A stretch of 47,459 bases of DNA from Myxococcales bacterium (lineage in GTDB: Bacteria > Myxococcota > B64-G9), in NCBI GenBank assembly GCA_027031935.1, contig JALVPF010000125.1, forward strand, positions 1-47,459, given 5' to 3'. The position numbers were made by a program, and so were the translations under genes. Shown piece after piece: positions 1 through 9,289 of the stretch (position 1 is the first letter of the stretch; every line of letters starts with the position of its first letter). The notes beneath the pieces were generated by a model, which was given only the letters and a program-made list of their open reading frames with translations, made no database searches and was not told where the DNA came from.

Positions 1-1777
1 CATCAGAAACTTCGTCAAGACTTAGTCCATATTTTGCAAGTGAGTTGGGCTTCCCGATGGATCCTGGGAGGCTCAGAAAATCCAATATCCTCATAGGCGC
101 GGACTCACACATGAATGCCATGCAAGAGAGCCCTCCTGGGCAATCTTCATCATCTACGCAAGTAGATGGCCCGAGGCCAATTTCGATTGTGGTCAATCCA
201 TTGGCCGTTGCGGTGTAGAGCCATTCCTTTTGGATGCCATCCAGGCCTTGACCCATGGCTGTCTGTACAGAGAATATATGGGAATCCAGACTGATGGTCC
301 TCCTGGGAATGATTGTGGAAGTATCATTTGGCAAGGTGAATCTCACCATTTCAAAGATTCTGTTTGAATGGTTACTGGACAAGAATAATGTTTTTCGAGA
401 CCTGTCGGGATCCGTACTGGTGGTGATAGCCGATAGATTTTGCGAACAGATTTCATTCAAGGAAAAATTGGTCAAATCCCATCCGGCATTTTGCAAAATA
501 TTCAGGTAATTTTCTATGGCGTTTTTTTCCGGCCAGATCAGGTTTGCAGTGTCCAGAACGAAGCCGTCATTTTCGGGTTTTAGCTTGACTTCCCATATTT
601 CCGGTCGGTTTTCTACCAGCACGTTGAAGTCAAGGCTTGCCGGTTTGTGAGCAATGTCCTGGATTTTTCCAAGCCGGTCACCGATTTCATTACCCAGACA
701 GTAAGAATCATTGTTGCTCAAAATCACGGTTCCCAGTGGTACCATGGAATATTGTACCGAGCGCTTGGAATACAGGAACAGGGACATGACTGGACGATAG
801 AGATCAGTCACTACCAGCAGGAAGTCCTGGCAACTCCAGGTGCTTAAACCCTGGCTCTGCAAATCAAGGCAGGCAGATCTTACTTCTCCAGGCATAAAAG
901 GAGGATCGTCAAGGGGGCTGTTTTGAACATTTATTTTTAGTGGTTCGGGTATGGGTTCAATGGCAACCGCAAAACTTGCAGACTTTGCACCATGGGAAAT
1001 CCAGGACTGTCGGCATTCGTCACTATCATTGGATGTATTTGGAAACGCTACCACCATGGCATATTGCACCAAGTCGGGTTTCAAGGTCTCGTTGTCACTG
1101 TTTTGAATGGTCGTGAGAAAAAGAAGGTATCGATTGAGATACGACCAGCACGCTGAAGGCCAATTTGTATCGTCGTCAGATTCCTGCAGTCCCTCAAACG
1201 GAAGAATCACACCGGAGCTTGGTTGACCTGGAACACCAAAACTCAGTTGCCATCCCGAAACAAGATCCATGAAACTTATGGATCCTGAAGCAGTATTGGT
1301 TATCAATGCAGGAACAAGATTGTCACTCCGTGCTGAGGGCAAGAACATGGAAACAGTTGATGGTCCGCTTTCAAGGCTCAATTCCTTGCTGATTTTTTCC
1401 TCGATGGGATGACCTGCCCCCAGGTAATGGAAATCCACGGGACTCGTTCCTTGGCCCATGGGCGCGGAAACTGTTACCGGTTCAGAATCTCCTGCATTTA
1501 GGACGGGGACCTTTACACGGAGTTCATTTGAAGATGCAGCCAGTATGCTTGCGGGAGTATTACCGAAAAAAACCAGGTTGTTCGATGCGACAGGATCAAA
1601 GTTGGTTCCGCTTATGTTCACCACCGTGTCCAGAAAACCAACATTGGGCTCTATGGCGTTTACCGTCAACTTGTCGGGAGGAGGAGAAAATTCACGTCCG
1701 CATCCAAGGGATACGATGAAGAACAGAGACATGGAGACCGATACAATTGTAGCCTCATGTGATTTCTTGGACATCAT
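1..1777 (-). CDS. Secreted lipoprotein with an IPT/TIG-like domain. The start is present and the C-terminal end runs off the left edge (partial).
   Basis: My own minus-strand translation from ATG 1777/1774 (GGAGGTG immediately upstream) stays open to position 1, about 592 codons. It is missing from the ORF track because it is edge-truncated, and no other minus ORF is listed here. MMSKKSHEATIVSVSMSLFFIVSLGCGRE gives a signal peptide plus lipobox. LTVNAIEPNVGFLDTVVNISGTNFDPVASNNLVFFGNTPA is IPT/TIG-like. Near the edge, CVDDEDCPGGLSCMAFMCE matches the Cys repeat of the 22222-24081 genes. Confidence 0.6.
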   Translation of the reverse strand, partial: MMSKKSHEATIVSVSMSLFFIVSLGCGREFSPPPDKLTVNAIEPNVGFLDTVVNISGTNFDPVASNNLVFFGNTPASILAASSNELRVKVPVLNAGDSEPVTVSAPMGQGTSPVDFHYLGAGHPIEEKISKELSLESGPSTVSMFLPSARSDNLVPALITNTASGSISFMDLVSGWQLSFGVPGQPSSGVILPFEGLQESDDDTNWPSACWSYLNRYLLFLTTIQNSDNETLKPDLVQYAMVVAFPNTSNDSDECRQSWISHGAKSASFAVAIEPIPEPLKINVQNSPLDDPPFMPGEVRSACLDLQSQGLSTWSCQDFLLVVTDLYRPVMSLFLYSKRSVQYSMVPLGTVILSNNDSYCLGNEIGDRLGKIQDIAHKPASLDFNVLVENRPEIWEVKLKPENDGFVLDTANLIWPEKNAIENYLNILQNAGWDLTNFSLNEICSQNLSAITTSTDPDRSRKTLFLSSNHSNRIFEMVRFTLPNDTSTIIPRRTISLDSHIFSVQTAMGQGLDGIQKEWLYTATANGLTTIEIGLGPSTCVDDEDCPGGLSCMAFMCESAPMRILDFLSLPGSIGKPNSLAKYGLSLDEVSD

Positions 1778-1797
1778 CACCTCCAAGATGAGTTGCA

Positions 1798-4284
1798 TCA
1801 AGCTTGAGCAGAATTCAGCGCCTGCTCTAATCTACGGGTTTGCCTTTCAATGTTCAGATTTAGATATCCTGCAAGCTGCAGCCATGATTTTGCTGCCCCT
1901 GGCCATGGCCCGCCAGGTCTGTCTGGGTCCAAGATCTCATCAAGCATGGAATCCAGTACTTCAGCGACACGGTCCTGTAAAGTCGCCTCTTGAGGCTCCA
2001 AGCCCATCTTTCTTCCTGCCTGAAGAAGCCCCAGGAACTTTGCCATTTGTACGGGGTCCGGCTCGGATAGAATTGAGTCAAGCATCCTGGACAACGCCCC
2101 ATCCAATATCTTGTTGGAGCGCTGAATGGGAGGGCTCAGTCCCAGGTCATGACACATATGGGCAAGCTTGGCCGCTGCATCCAGATCTCCGGTGCTTATT
2201 CCTCGTTCCACCAGCTTGTTTATTTTTCGTGCCGCTGCATATGCCACCGGAGCCTTCAGTGCTTCGGGCATGCCCACTCCCAGTGATTGCAAAGATTCCA
2301 GCAGTTCCTTGTGACGAAGGAATAATTCATCGAAGGTCTGATCCAGTTCCCTGACCACTGGTTTTGCGAGGATACCCATGGCCTGCAAGCGAAGTTCCTG
2401 TATCATGTCCGGCAGTCCAAGGCTCCACAGGAAGTCTCCCGAGAGTTTTTCATCTGCTGCTTCAAATCCGATCGTGGTCAGCAGTCCAAGTATGTCCTCG
2501 GTGCTTGGGGCATTGCTGCCCTGGTCATATGGGCGCGCATATGCTTTTAGCTTCAGACCTTTGCCGGCGACCACTGCTACATCAAAGGTTCCACCCTCTC
2601 CGGTTCGCTCGGCCTTGACCGTCGATCTTCCGGAAAAAATCCTCCAGCCTTGCTGCTCTGTCCGGTTTTGCATGTGGGTTTTTATGCGAAAGGAATACAG
2701 CCTCTGCCTTGCCGGGTGGTTTTTCAACAGTGAATCGATAGCCTTGTGAACAGCCACCTTCTCGGGTGACAGTATGGAAGGACGTACGAACCTCGAAAGG
2801 ATATCCACACCTGTTCCCATGGAGGCTATGTTGCTTTTTGCATCTGCCAGCCTCTCCATGCTGTCGGACGTTACGGGATGGCCGGCAATCTCCTGTGCCA
2901 ACTGCGATGACCGCACGAAATAGGTAAGGTCCTGGACGGTTTCTATCCCTGAAACGTCTGAGAAAAACCATCCACAGGATGTATACATGAGCATTCCATG
3001 ACGCTGCATCTCCATTAGCTTGTAAATGCGTTCGCGTTCTGCATCACCAAGTGGTTTCTTCGCATGCTTGTCAAGGAAATTTTTTGCTGCACCCACGGTG
3101 CGTCCCAGGATCACGTGGATATAGTCGTCACGAGCTGCCCATGGATCCTCAAGGAGTTTTGCCCCCTCCTGTTCGAAAAGGGGGTCGATCCTCTGGCGCA
3201 ACAGGTCGAAGGCCTCGCGCAAAGGTGTGCGCCATGCCTGGTTCCAAGAAGGAGGTCCGCCTGTAGAACAACCACAGTCCTCTTTCCATCTTCCAACTCC
3301 GTGAGCACAACTCCATGCAGTACCTAAGCCATCCCCACCTGGCTTGAGTTTTACCTGCCAGGATGGAGGGTGTTTGTCTAAAAATGCAGAGGGATTGGTC
3401 AATTCAATTTCTCGGGCGGGTGCTTCTCTCGTGGTCAGATAGGCAAGGCACATGTCGCCCATGGGCTCATGGTGTCCGTAGCTTTCCCCATCTGTAGCCA
3501 GGAATACAAGCGGCTCGTGTTCTGCCACCTCCCTGCTGTTTTGTTCAGCTGTCTTTTGGATTCTGTCAGCAAAGGTGGATGCGTTACGAAGCAGGTGCTC
3601 GAAAGCTATGGCCCTACTGGCTTCTTCATGGAAAAAGAATATTGCAACTTTTCCGTTCTTTCCGCTCCAGTAATATGGCCTGCCGGTTGGAATGTCTCCT
3701 GATGAAACGTCTCTCCAGGCTTCTTCTCCATCAGCCCTTATCATCTCTGCCTGTGTTGGAGAAAGGATTGTGTATTCGACTCCCTGGGCTGCCAGATCTT
3801 CCATGACGGCGTCGTTGACGGCTGTCTCGGCAAGCCATATTCCAGAGGACGCCCTTCCGAACCTGGCCTTGAAATCTTCCATCCCCCACTTGATCTGCGT
3901 GTGTCGATCCCGCTTGGTGGCCAAGGGCATTATCAGGTGGTTATATACCTGGGCCATGGCGTTTCCAAAACCAAGGTCACCTACCGATTGCCTGTCGGCA
4001 GCCATGATCCTCTCATAGGTCTCGGGAAGATGCTCTTCGAGCCAAGATAGCAAAGTGGGGCCCACGTTGAAGGATATTTTTTTGAAATTGTTGGCTACCT
4101 CCAGAATTCGTCCATTTCCGTCCAAAACCCGCGAGCGGGTGTTGGGAGTATAACATTCTGCAGCCACCCGCTCGTTCCAGTCATGGTAGGGAGAAGCTGA
4201 AGCTTGAAATTCAACCTGTCCAGTCCATGGGTTTTCCCTGGGAGGTTGATAGAAGTGACCATGGATTATGAGAAATGTTTTCAT
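1798..4284 (-). CDS. Glycoside hydrolase family 57 protein (alpha-glucan active) with a long helical C-terminal extension
   Basis: 828-aa ORF. The N-terminus MKTFLIIHGHFYQPPRENPW and the region FLATDGESYGHHEP are the GH57 signature regions. ATG start. Confidence 0.85.
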   Translation of the reverse strand: MKTFLIIHGHFYQPPRENPWTGQVEFQASASPYHDWNERVAAECYTPNTRSRVLDGNGRILEVANNFKKISFNVGPTLLSWLEEHLPETYERIMAADRQSVGDLGFGNAMAQVYNHLIMPLATKRDRHTQIKWGMEDFKARFGRASSGIWLAETAVNDAVMEDLAAQGVEYTILSPTQAEMIRADGEEAWRDVSSGDIPTGRPYYWSGKNGKVAIFFFHEEASRAIAFEHLLRNASTFADRIQKTAEQNSREVAEHEPLVFLATDGESYGHHEPMGDMCLAYLTTREAPAREIELTNPSAFLDKHPPSWQVKLKPGGDGLGTAWSCAHGVGRWKEDCGCSTGGPPSWNQAWRTPLREAFDLLRQRIDPLFEQEGAKLLEDPWAARDDYIHVILGRTVGAAKNFLDKHAKKPLGDAERERIYKLMEMQRHGMLMYTSCGWFFSDVSGIETVQDLTYFVRSSQLAQEIAGHPVTSDSMERLADAKSNIASMGTGVDILSRFVRPSILSPEKVAVHKAIDSLLKNHPARQRLYSFRIKTHMQNRTEQQGWRIFSGRSTVKAERTGEGGTFDVAVVAGKGLKLKAYARPYDQGSNAPSTEDILGLLTTIGFEAADEKLSGDFLWSLGLPDMIQELRLQAMGILAKPVVRELDQTFDELFLRHKELLESLQSLGVGMPEALKAPVAYAAARKINKLVERGISTGDLDAAAKLAHMCHDLGLSPPIQRSNKILDGALSRMLDSILSEPDPVQMAKFLGLLQAGRKMGLEPQEATLQDRVAEVLDSMLDEILDPDRPGGPWPGAAKSWLQLAGYLNLNIERQTRRLEQALNSAQA

Positions 4285-4374
4285 GTAGTTATTCTAGCCT
4301 CTGGCACAGTGAGGTTCCACTATTGGATTTGTTCAAGATTAGCATAGTTGTCTGAATCAGGAAATAATGTAGAA

Positions 4375-4600
4375 GCAGTCGTCATAACGCCTTTGGCGTC
4401 ACCCACAGATGATGAAAATCACCCTGGAGCGTGTGGTGCGGCCCTGTCTACGGCTAGCTACCCTTGGCTTCTCGGCAAGCTCGACAGGCTCGCATTACTC
4501 TCATCATTATCGCTTGATAGTGAGTCGCAAAACCGGAATTACGGGTAGCTACGCCTGCCGCGGGCCTACGAAGATGCTGCAACTTTATAAATTTTCGAAG
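4375..4600 (+). repeat. Dispersed repeat family 1, copy A (226 bp, carries a 56-nt segment absent from copy B)
   Basis: It aligns by eye with the reverse complement of 39702-39875. There are about 6 substitutions over the first 110 nt and about 4 over the last 60 nt. Positions 4485-4540 are replaced by AGCT in copy B. It lies in the divergent intergenic region between the GH57 and GT2 genes. Confidence 0.85.
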
Positions 4601-4639
4601 CAGATTTGGGTTGGAACACAGAGTGGGAATCTGCTACAA

Positions 4640-5365
4640 ATGCACCAAATGAAAGAAGACCTGGAACTGAGCATAGTAATACCGATTTTCAACGAAGAAG
4701 CCATCGTGGCAGATTCGGTGGCTGGCTTGCTGGATAGATTGCCGGAGATTTGTCCTTCGTTTGAGATCATCCTTGCGGAGAATGGTTCCGTAGACAATAC
4801 CGTGGATGTGGTTCGTCAGATATGCAAACGCCATGAGCAGGTCAGGACCTTTAGTGTTGGCGAACCAAATTATGGTAAAGCGCTGAGAAGGGGAATACAA
4901 GAGGCCCGCGGAAAATTCGTCCTCTGTGACGAGATCGATTTGGTGGACCTGGATTTTTACCGTTCTGCCCTGGGGCTATTGAGGGCCGGGCATGCGCAGA
5001 TGGTGGTTGGTTCCAAACTCGCACCGGGCGCAAGGGATGACAGGCCCTTTGTCAGGCACATGGCCACAAAGACTCTAAACGGCTTGTTGCGTCTTGGCCT
5101 GGGCTTCAAGGGCACGGACACCCATGGTCTCAAGGCATTTTTACGTAAACCTCTTCTTCCCGTACTGAATTCGTGCATGGTGGACAAGAACCTTTTTGCT
5201 TCAGAGTTTGTGATACGCGCCGAGCGTTTAGGGATCGACATAGTAGAGGTGCCACTTTGCGTTCACGAGAAGCGTGCTCCCAGCATCAACCTGCTGCGGC
5301 GTGTGCCGACCGCCTTGTATAATCTGGGTCGTCTGGTGTGGATAATAAGATTTCGGGACAATTAA
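4640..5365 (+). CDS. Family 2 glycosyltransferase, polyprenyl-phosphate sugar synthase-like (DPM1/ArnC/GtrB class)
   Basis: LSIVIPIFNEEAIVADSV, ILAENGSVDNT and VLCDEIDLVD are GT-A fold motifs. The ORF-track start at 4409 lies inside repeat A and gives a repeat-encoded N-terminus, so I chose ATG 4640 (MHQMKEDLELSIVIP). ATG 4649 is also possible. Confidence 0.8.
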   Translation: MHQMKEDLELSIVIPIFNEEAIVADSVAGLLDRLPEICPSFEIILAENGSVDNTVDVVRQICKRHEQVRTFSVGEPNYGKALRRGIQEARGKFVLCDEIDLVDLDFYRSALGLLRAGHAQMVVGSKLAPGARDDRPFVRHMATKTLNGLLRLGLGFKGTDTHGLKAFLRKPLLPVLNSCMVDKNLFASEFVIRAERLGIDIVEVPLCVHEKRAPSINLLRRVPTALYNLGRLVWIIRFRDN

Positions 5366-5372
5366 CCTCATC

Positions 5373-6293
5373 ATGGACAAGACTTTGTGCATAACAATGG
5401 ACTTGGACCCCTTGAGTTGTTACTCGAGGCTTTATGGGTTGCCTGATGTTGCAAATGCCACGGATCCCGTTCTCACCAAGGCGCCGGAGAGGTTGGCGCA
5501 GCTGCTCGATCCCATCGGTGCAAAGGCGACATTTTTTGTCGTAGGCAATACGCTCGAGCAACATGAACATGCAAGCGCCATCGCTGGAATGGCTCGACAG
5601 GGTTTTGAAATCAGCAATCACACATGGTCCCATCCCTATGAACTTTCCCGCATGGCACCTGCGGAGATAGACGCAGAGATTTACAGGGGAGCACAGGCCA
5701 TAGAAAAGATCTGCGGGCAGGCTCCTGTGGGTTTTCGCGCACCTGGCTATCTGCTCGGTCAGCATGTACTCGGGAGGCTCATACTCCAGCACGTGGCGTA
5801 TGATGCCTCTGTCCTTCCCAGTCCTGGCTACCAGGCCATAAAGGCCTTTGCCATGGCCTTGCTGAAAATAGGAAACAAAAATACATCCGCAATCTTGGGC
5901 GACCCACGTGAATCTCTGGCCCCATCGGCTCCCTATAGGCCCGATAGTGAAAAGCCATGGCGGCGTGGGACAGCCAAACTTGTGGAATTGCCCATCAGCA
6001 GACTGGGTCCTTTACCCCTGACAGGAAGCGTGTTGTCTTTGACACAGCGGGCAGGGGCATGGTTCTTGGCTCGCAGTTTATCCAGGAACGATTTCGTTCA
6101 CCTGGAGTTGCACGGGGTGGATCTCCTTGATATCAACTCTGACGGCATTGACCCGGCACTGGCCACACAGCCGGATCTCAGGATTTCATGGAAGCGCAAG
6201 GCTTCAGCCATAGGAGCATTCATCTCTGAGCTTGTCCGTACGCATGAACCTGTGACCTTGTGGCAGGCGGCAGACCGTTATAGGATAGGGTGA
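5373..6293 (+). CDS. Polysaccharide deacetylase (NodB-homology) family protein
   Basis: CITMDLD, KATFFVVGNTLEQHEH and GFEISNHTWSHP match NodB-type motifs. It begins 7 nt after the GT2 stop. Confidence 0.8.
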   Translation: MDKTLCITMDLDPLSCYSRLYGLPDVANATDPVLTKAPERLAQLLDPIGAKATFFVVGNTLEQHEHASAIAGMARQGFEISNHTWSHPYELSRMAPAEIDAEIYRGAQAIEKICGQAPVGFRAPGYLLGQHVLGRLILQHVAYDASVLPSPGYQAIKAFAMALLKIGNKNTSAILGDPRESLAPSAPYRPDSEKPWRRGTAKLVELPISRLGPLPLTGSVLSLTQRAGAWFLARSLSRNDFVHLELHGVDLLDINSDGIDPALATQPDLRISWKRKASAIGAFISELVRTHEPVTLWQAADRYRIG

Positions 6294-6333
6294 TATAAGA
6301 GCAATCATCCAGGTGTATCTTTCAGGGTGGGAC

Positions 6334-6720
6334 ATGAAAATTAGTTCAATCATACACAGAAGCTTGTTTGCCATCGTGCTTTGTTCTGTTGGGGCAAACG
6401 GCTGCTCTCATGAGTCGCAGAGCATAAAGCGGGTAGAGGTAGATGTTCAGACAAAGACTCAGTCCGAGGCCAGGGGCTTGCTGGGAAAGCCCACGCCGGT
6501 ATATTCCACATCCTTTGCCATTCGGCTGGCAGAGCTTGCGCTGAAAGAGCGAGGAGTAGTGGACTGCGACAAGCGCTCCGTGGCCATTTCGTTTTGCGAT
6601 GGAGTCTATTCCGTGACTTTTGAAAAACCTGAAGACTCGGTGTTTTCAAAAGATTACGTTGTGGACATAAATGCTGATACAAGCCGGATAATAAGAGTTG
6701 ACACCGGAAAAAGTGATTGA
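6334..6720 (+). CDS. Small hypothetical lipoprotein
   Basis: MKISSIIHRSLFAIVLCSVGANGCSHES gives a signal peptide plus a lipobox-like GANGC. No recognisable domain. Start chosen at the internal ATG. Confidence 0.5.
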   Translation: MKISSIIHRSLFAIVLCSVGANGCSHESQSIKRVEVDVQTKTQSEARGLLGKPTPVYSTSFAIRLAELALKERGVVDCDKRSVAISFCDGVYSVTFEKPEDSVFSKDYVVDINADTSRIIRVDTGKSD

Positions 6721-6746
6721 TCGCTTGTTGGGGAGGCACTTGCTAC

Positions 6747-7619
6747 ATGCTTGAATCCTTTAAATCGAAGTTGGCCGAGTGGGCAGAAGAATACCTGGAG
6801 TCCATCTCGGATCCCCTTTTGACCAGGAGATTGGAAAAACTCCAGGCTAATCTCAACGAATATGGGGTGGATCCCTTTGGGTTCGATCCTACCATGGTCA
6901 AATATGCAGCCCCCTTCGTCTATTTCTTTTACAAACATTACTTTCGCGTCCAAACCTTTGGTATTGAAAATGTACCAGCAGGCCGGGTGATGTTGATAGG
7001 AAATCATTCAGGGCAGATCCCTGTGGATGCGGCCATGATAATCGCTGCCATGTTGATCGATGCTGATCCACCCAGGATGGTCAGGTCCATGGTGGAAAGA
7101 TGGGTGCCTTCTTTGCCACTGCTGTCCTATCTCTTTTTGCGTTGGGGACAGATAGTCGGAACCCGTGAGAACAGCAAGAGGCTGCTGGAGATGGATGAAG
7201 CCATTTTGGCCTTTCCCGAAGGGGTCCGCGGGATCAACAAGCCATTCTCGGACAGGTACCAACTTCAGGAATTCGGTCTGGGCTTCATGAGATTGGCCAT
7301 GATGACCAATACTCCGGTGGTGCCCGTTGCCTGTATTGGAGCTGAAGAGCAAACCATCAACCTCTACAATGCAAGGGGCTTGGGAAAGCTTTTTGGCATG
7401 CCGGGGCTTCCCATAACCCCCCTGACTCCCATCGTGGGGCCGCTGGCCATCCTCCCCCTGCCTACGAGGTATCGTCTGTATTTTGGAAAGCCCATGATCT
7501 TCGAGGGCAATCCGGACGACGAGGATTCTGTAATCCAAAAACACGTGAACCGGGTAAAGGGGACCATTAGCAGGATGATCCATGATGGCATCAAACAACG
7601 GCAGCATGTATTTTGGTAG
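6747..7619 (+). CDS. PlsC-superfamily (lysophospholipid/glycerolipid) acyltransferase
   Basis: LIGNHSGQIPVDAAM (His-Asp block) and ILAFPEGVRG (FPEG-R block) are acyltransferase motifs. The ORF-track start at 6717 is TTG. ATG 6747 has GGGGAGG 10 nt upstream. Confidence 0.75.
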   Translation: MLESFKSKLAEWAEEYLESISDPLLTRRLEKLQANLNEYGVDPFGFDPTMVKYAAPFVYFFYKHYFRVQTFGIENVPAGRVMLIGNHSGQIPVDAAMIIAAMLIDADPPRMVRSMVERWVPSLPLLSYLFLRWGQIVGTRENSKRLLEMDEAILAFPEGVRGINKPFSDRYQLQEFGLGFMRLAMMTNTPVVPVACIGAEEQTINLYNARGLGKLFGMPGLPITPLTPIVGPLAILPLPTRYRLYFGKPMIFEGNPDDEDSVIQKHVNRVKGTISRMIHDGIKQRQHVFW

Positions 7620-7631
7620 GTGGAGGGATTC

Positions 7632-8633
7632 ATGACTCGTCCCACAGGGAATAAAAAGGGTGAGCGGACAAGAGCCGGCCGAAAGGGGCGTTCATCCACG
7701 GCCCGGAAAAAGATGAAAGACCCCATAGTAATTACTGGTATCTCAGGAAACCTCGGTCGTCTAATCACAAAGGAACTACACACCGAACACAGTATCATCG
7801 GCATAGACCAGCGGCCTTTTCGCAACAAGCCCAAGGATGTGGTTCACCATCAGATCGACGTGAGGAGAAGAAAGGCTGAGGATATATTCAGAGCCAACTC
7901 CGTCCGAGCGCTCATACATTTGGGCCTGGTCCATCGAATCAGCCCGGAGCAGAAGAATTACAGAAACTTCAACACCCTCGGTACCATCAAGCTGCTGGAG
8001 TATTGTCAAAAATACGATGTGCGCAAGGTCGTATTGCTATCCACCGCACAGGTTTATGGGGCTTTGCCGGAAAATTCCAATTTCCTTTCAGAGGACGCTC
8101 CATTGGTGGCTCAACCAGGTTACCCTGAAATGAGCGCCCTGATAGAATGGGACATGTACGCACAGAGCTTCTTCTGGAAACATCCGGACATCGAGACCAT
8201 CATATTGAGACCGGTACACGTGGTGGGCCCAAGGGTCAGAAACGCGGCTTCGAATTATTTGCGGCTGAAGCATCCTGTAACCCTTTTTGGCTTTGATCCC
8301 ATGATACAGTTGCTTCACGAGATGGATCTCGTCGAGGCTATCATGCTCTCATTGGAACCTGGCAGGCGAGGGGTCTTCAATATCGTCGGTCCTGGGCAGG
8401 TGCCTCTGAGTCGGGCCCTTGAAGAGCTGGGAAGAGAGCCCATACCTGTACCGCATCCATTGGCCGAGATAATGATCAAGCGCCTCTGGAAGTTGGGCCT
8501 CAGCGGATTTCCTCCTGGCGAATTGCCAAACCTCAGGTACCAGTGTGTAGTTGACGGATCCAGGGCCAAGTCTGTGCTGGGCTTCAGGCCCAGATACTCC
8601 CTGCGTGATACCATAAGGTCCGTGCTCGGCTAG
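7632..8633 (+). CDS. NAD-dependent epimerase/dehydratase family (extended SDR) protein with a basic N-terminal tail
   Basis: IVITGISGNLGRLI is a Rossmann GxxGxxG motif and LLSTAQVYG resembles the SDR catalytic region. ATG 7632 is preceded by GGAGGG. An alternative start is ATG 7713. Confidence 0.75.
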   Translation: MTRPTGNKKGERTRAGRKGRSSTARKKMKDPIVITGISGNLGRLITKELHTEHSIIGIDQRPFRNKPKDVVHHQIDVRRRKAEDIFRANSVRALIHLGLVHRISPEQKNYRNFNTLGTIKLLEYCQKYDVRKVVLLSTAQVYGALPENSNFLSEDAPLVAQPGYPEMSALIEWDMYAQSFFWKHPDIETIILRPVHVVGPRVRNAASNYLRLKHPVTLFGFDPMIQLLHEMDLVEAIMLSLEPGRRGVFNIVGPGQVPLSRALEELGREPIPVPHPLAEIMIKRLWKLGLSGFPPGELPNLRYQCVVDGSRAKSVLGFRPRYSLRDTIRSVLG

Positions 8634-8701
8634 TTGAAAAGCTCATACGGTATCGACAAAAAAACGAGGGTCAAACCGGGATATGAGCTTGCAGGAAGTT
8701 C

Positions 8702-8729
8702 TTGCTCCTCTCTGTATCCCGTGCATAAT
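8702..8729 (+). promoter_or_regulatory. Possible sigma-70 promoter for rnpB
   Basis: TTGCTC (8702-8707), a 16-nt spacer, then CATAAT (8724-8729). This is about 28 nt upstream of the predicted mature 5' end. Confidence 0.3.
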
Positions 8730-8756
8730 GGGCGACCATTCGTTCTTTGATTTTTT

Positions 8757-9230
8757 GGTCTCGTCGGTGTGGACCAGGCGTTCGCTGGTGTCATGCTTCG
8801 GCATGAGACGAGAGGAAAGTCCGGGCTCCGCAGGGCAATGGTGCTGGTTAACGGCCAGTGGGGGCAACCCCAAGGAAAGTGCCACAGAGAATAGACTGCC
8901 CGCGGTGGATCGAAGATCCCCGCGCATGGGGGACGCCCAACGGGTCTTCCCCCTCACTTTATCCCCAAGGATGAAGCGGCGATGGTGAAACGGTGCGGTA
9001 AGAGCGCACCGCCGGATTGGCGACAATCCGGGCAAGGTAAACCCCACCTGGAGCAAGGTTCAAAAGGGTTCTCCTCGCGCTAGTCGCAAGGACGGACTGC
9101 CCGTCCGAGTGACCCGGGATAACCGCTGGAGACTGTCGGTAACGGCAGCCGTAGATGAATGGACGCTACCCCATGTGGGGTAACCCTCATGGGGAACAGA
9201 ACCCGGCTTACGTGCCGCATCGACGAGACC
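8757..9230 (+). ncRNA. rnpB: RNase P RNA, bacterial type A
   Basis: Universal blocks are present: GAGGAAAGTCCGGGCTCC, GGTGAAACGGTGCGGTAAGAGCGCACCGC, GGTAAACCCCACCTGGAGCAAG and ACAGAACCCGGCTTAC. P1 closes with GGTCTCGTCG (8757-8766) pairing CGACGAGACC (9221-9230), followed by TTTTT. Confidence 0.9.
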
Positions 9231-9289
9231 TTTTTCTCTCTTCGCCGTTTGATGTTTCTATGCTTGACTGAAGGAAAGCGAGGGGGAAA

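Noticed and set aside
1458-2354. 298-aa plus-strand ORF
   Set aside because: It lies antisense across the junction between the GH57 gene (1798-4284) and the left-edge lipoprotein gene (1-1777). It has no motifs and its composition is typical of a shadow ORF.
4409-4639. N-terminal extension of the GT2 ORF, and the 79-aa ORF at 39602-39841, both beginning MMKITLERVVRPCLRLATLGFSAS
   Set aside because: The shared peptide is encoded by repeat family 1. The two frames diverge after the repeat and have no SD or motifs, so I treat them as repeat artefacts rather than a gene family.
8643-9056. ORFs of 137 aa (minus) and 101 aa (plus)
   Set aside because: They overlap the RNase P RNA gene, and the RNA assignment is far better supported.
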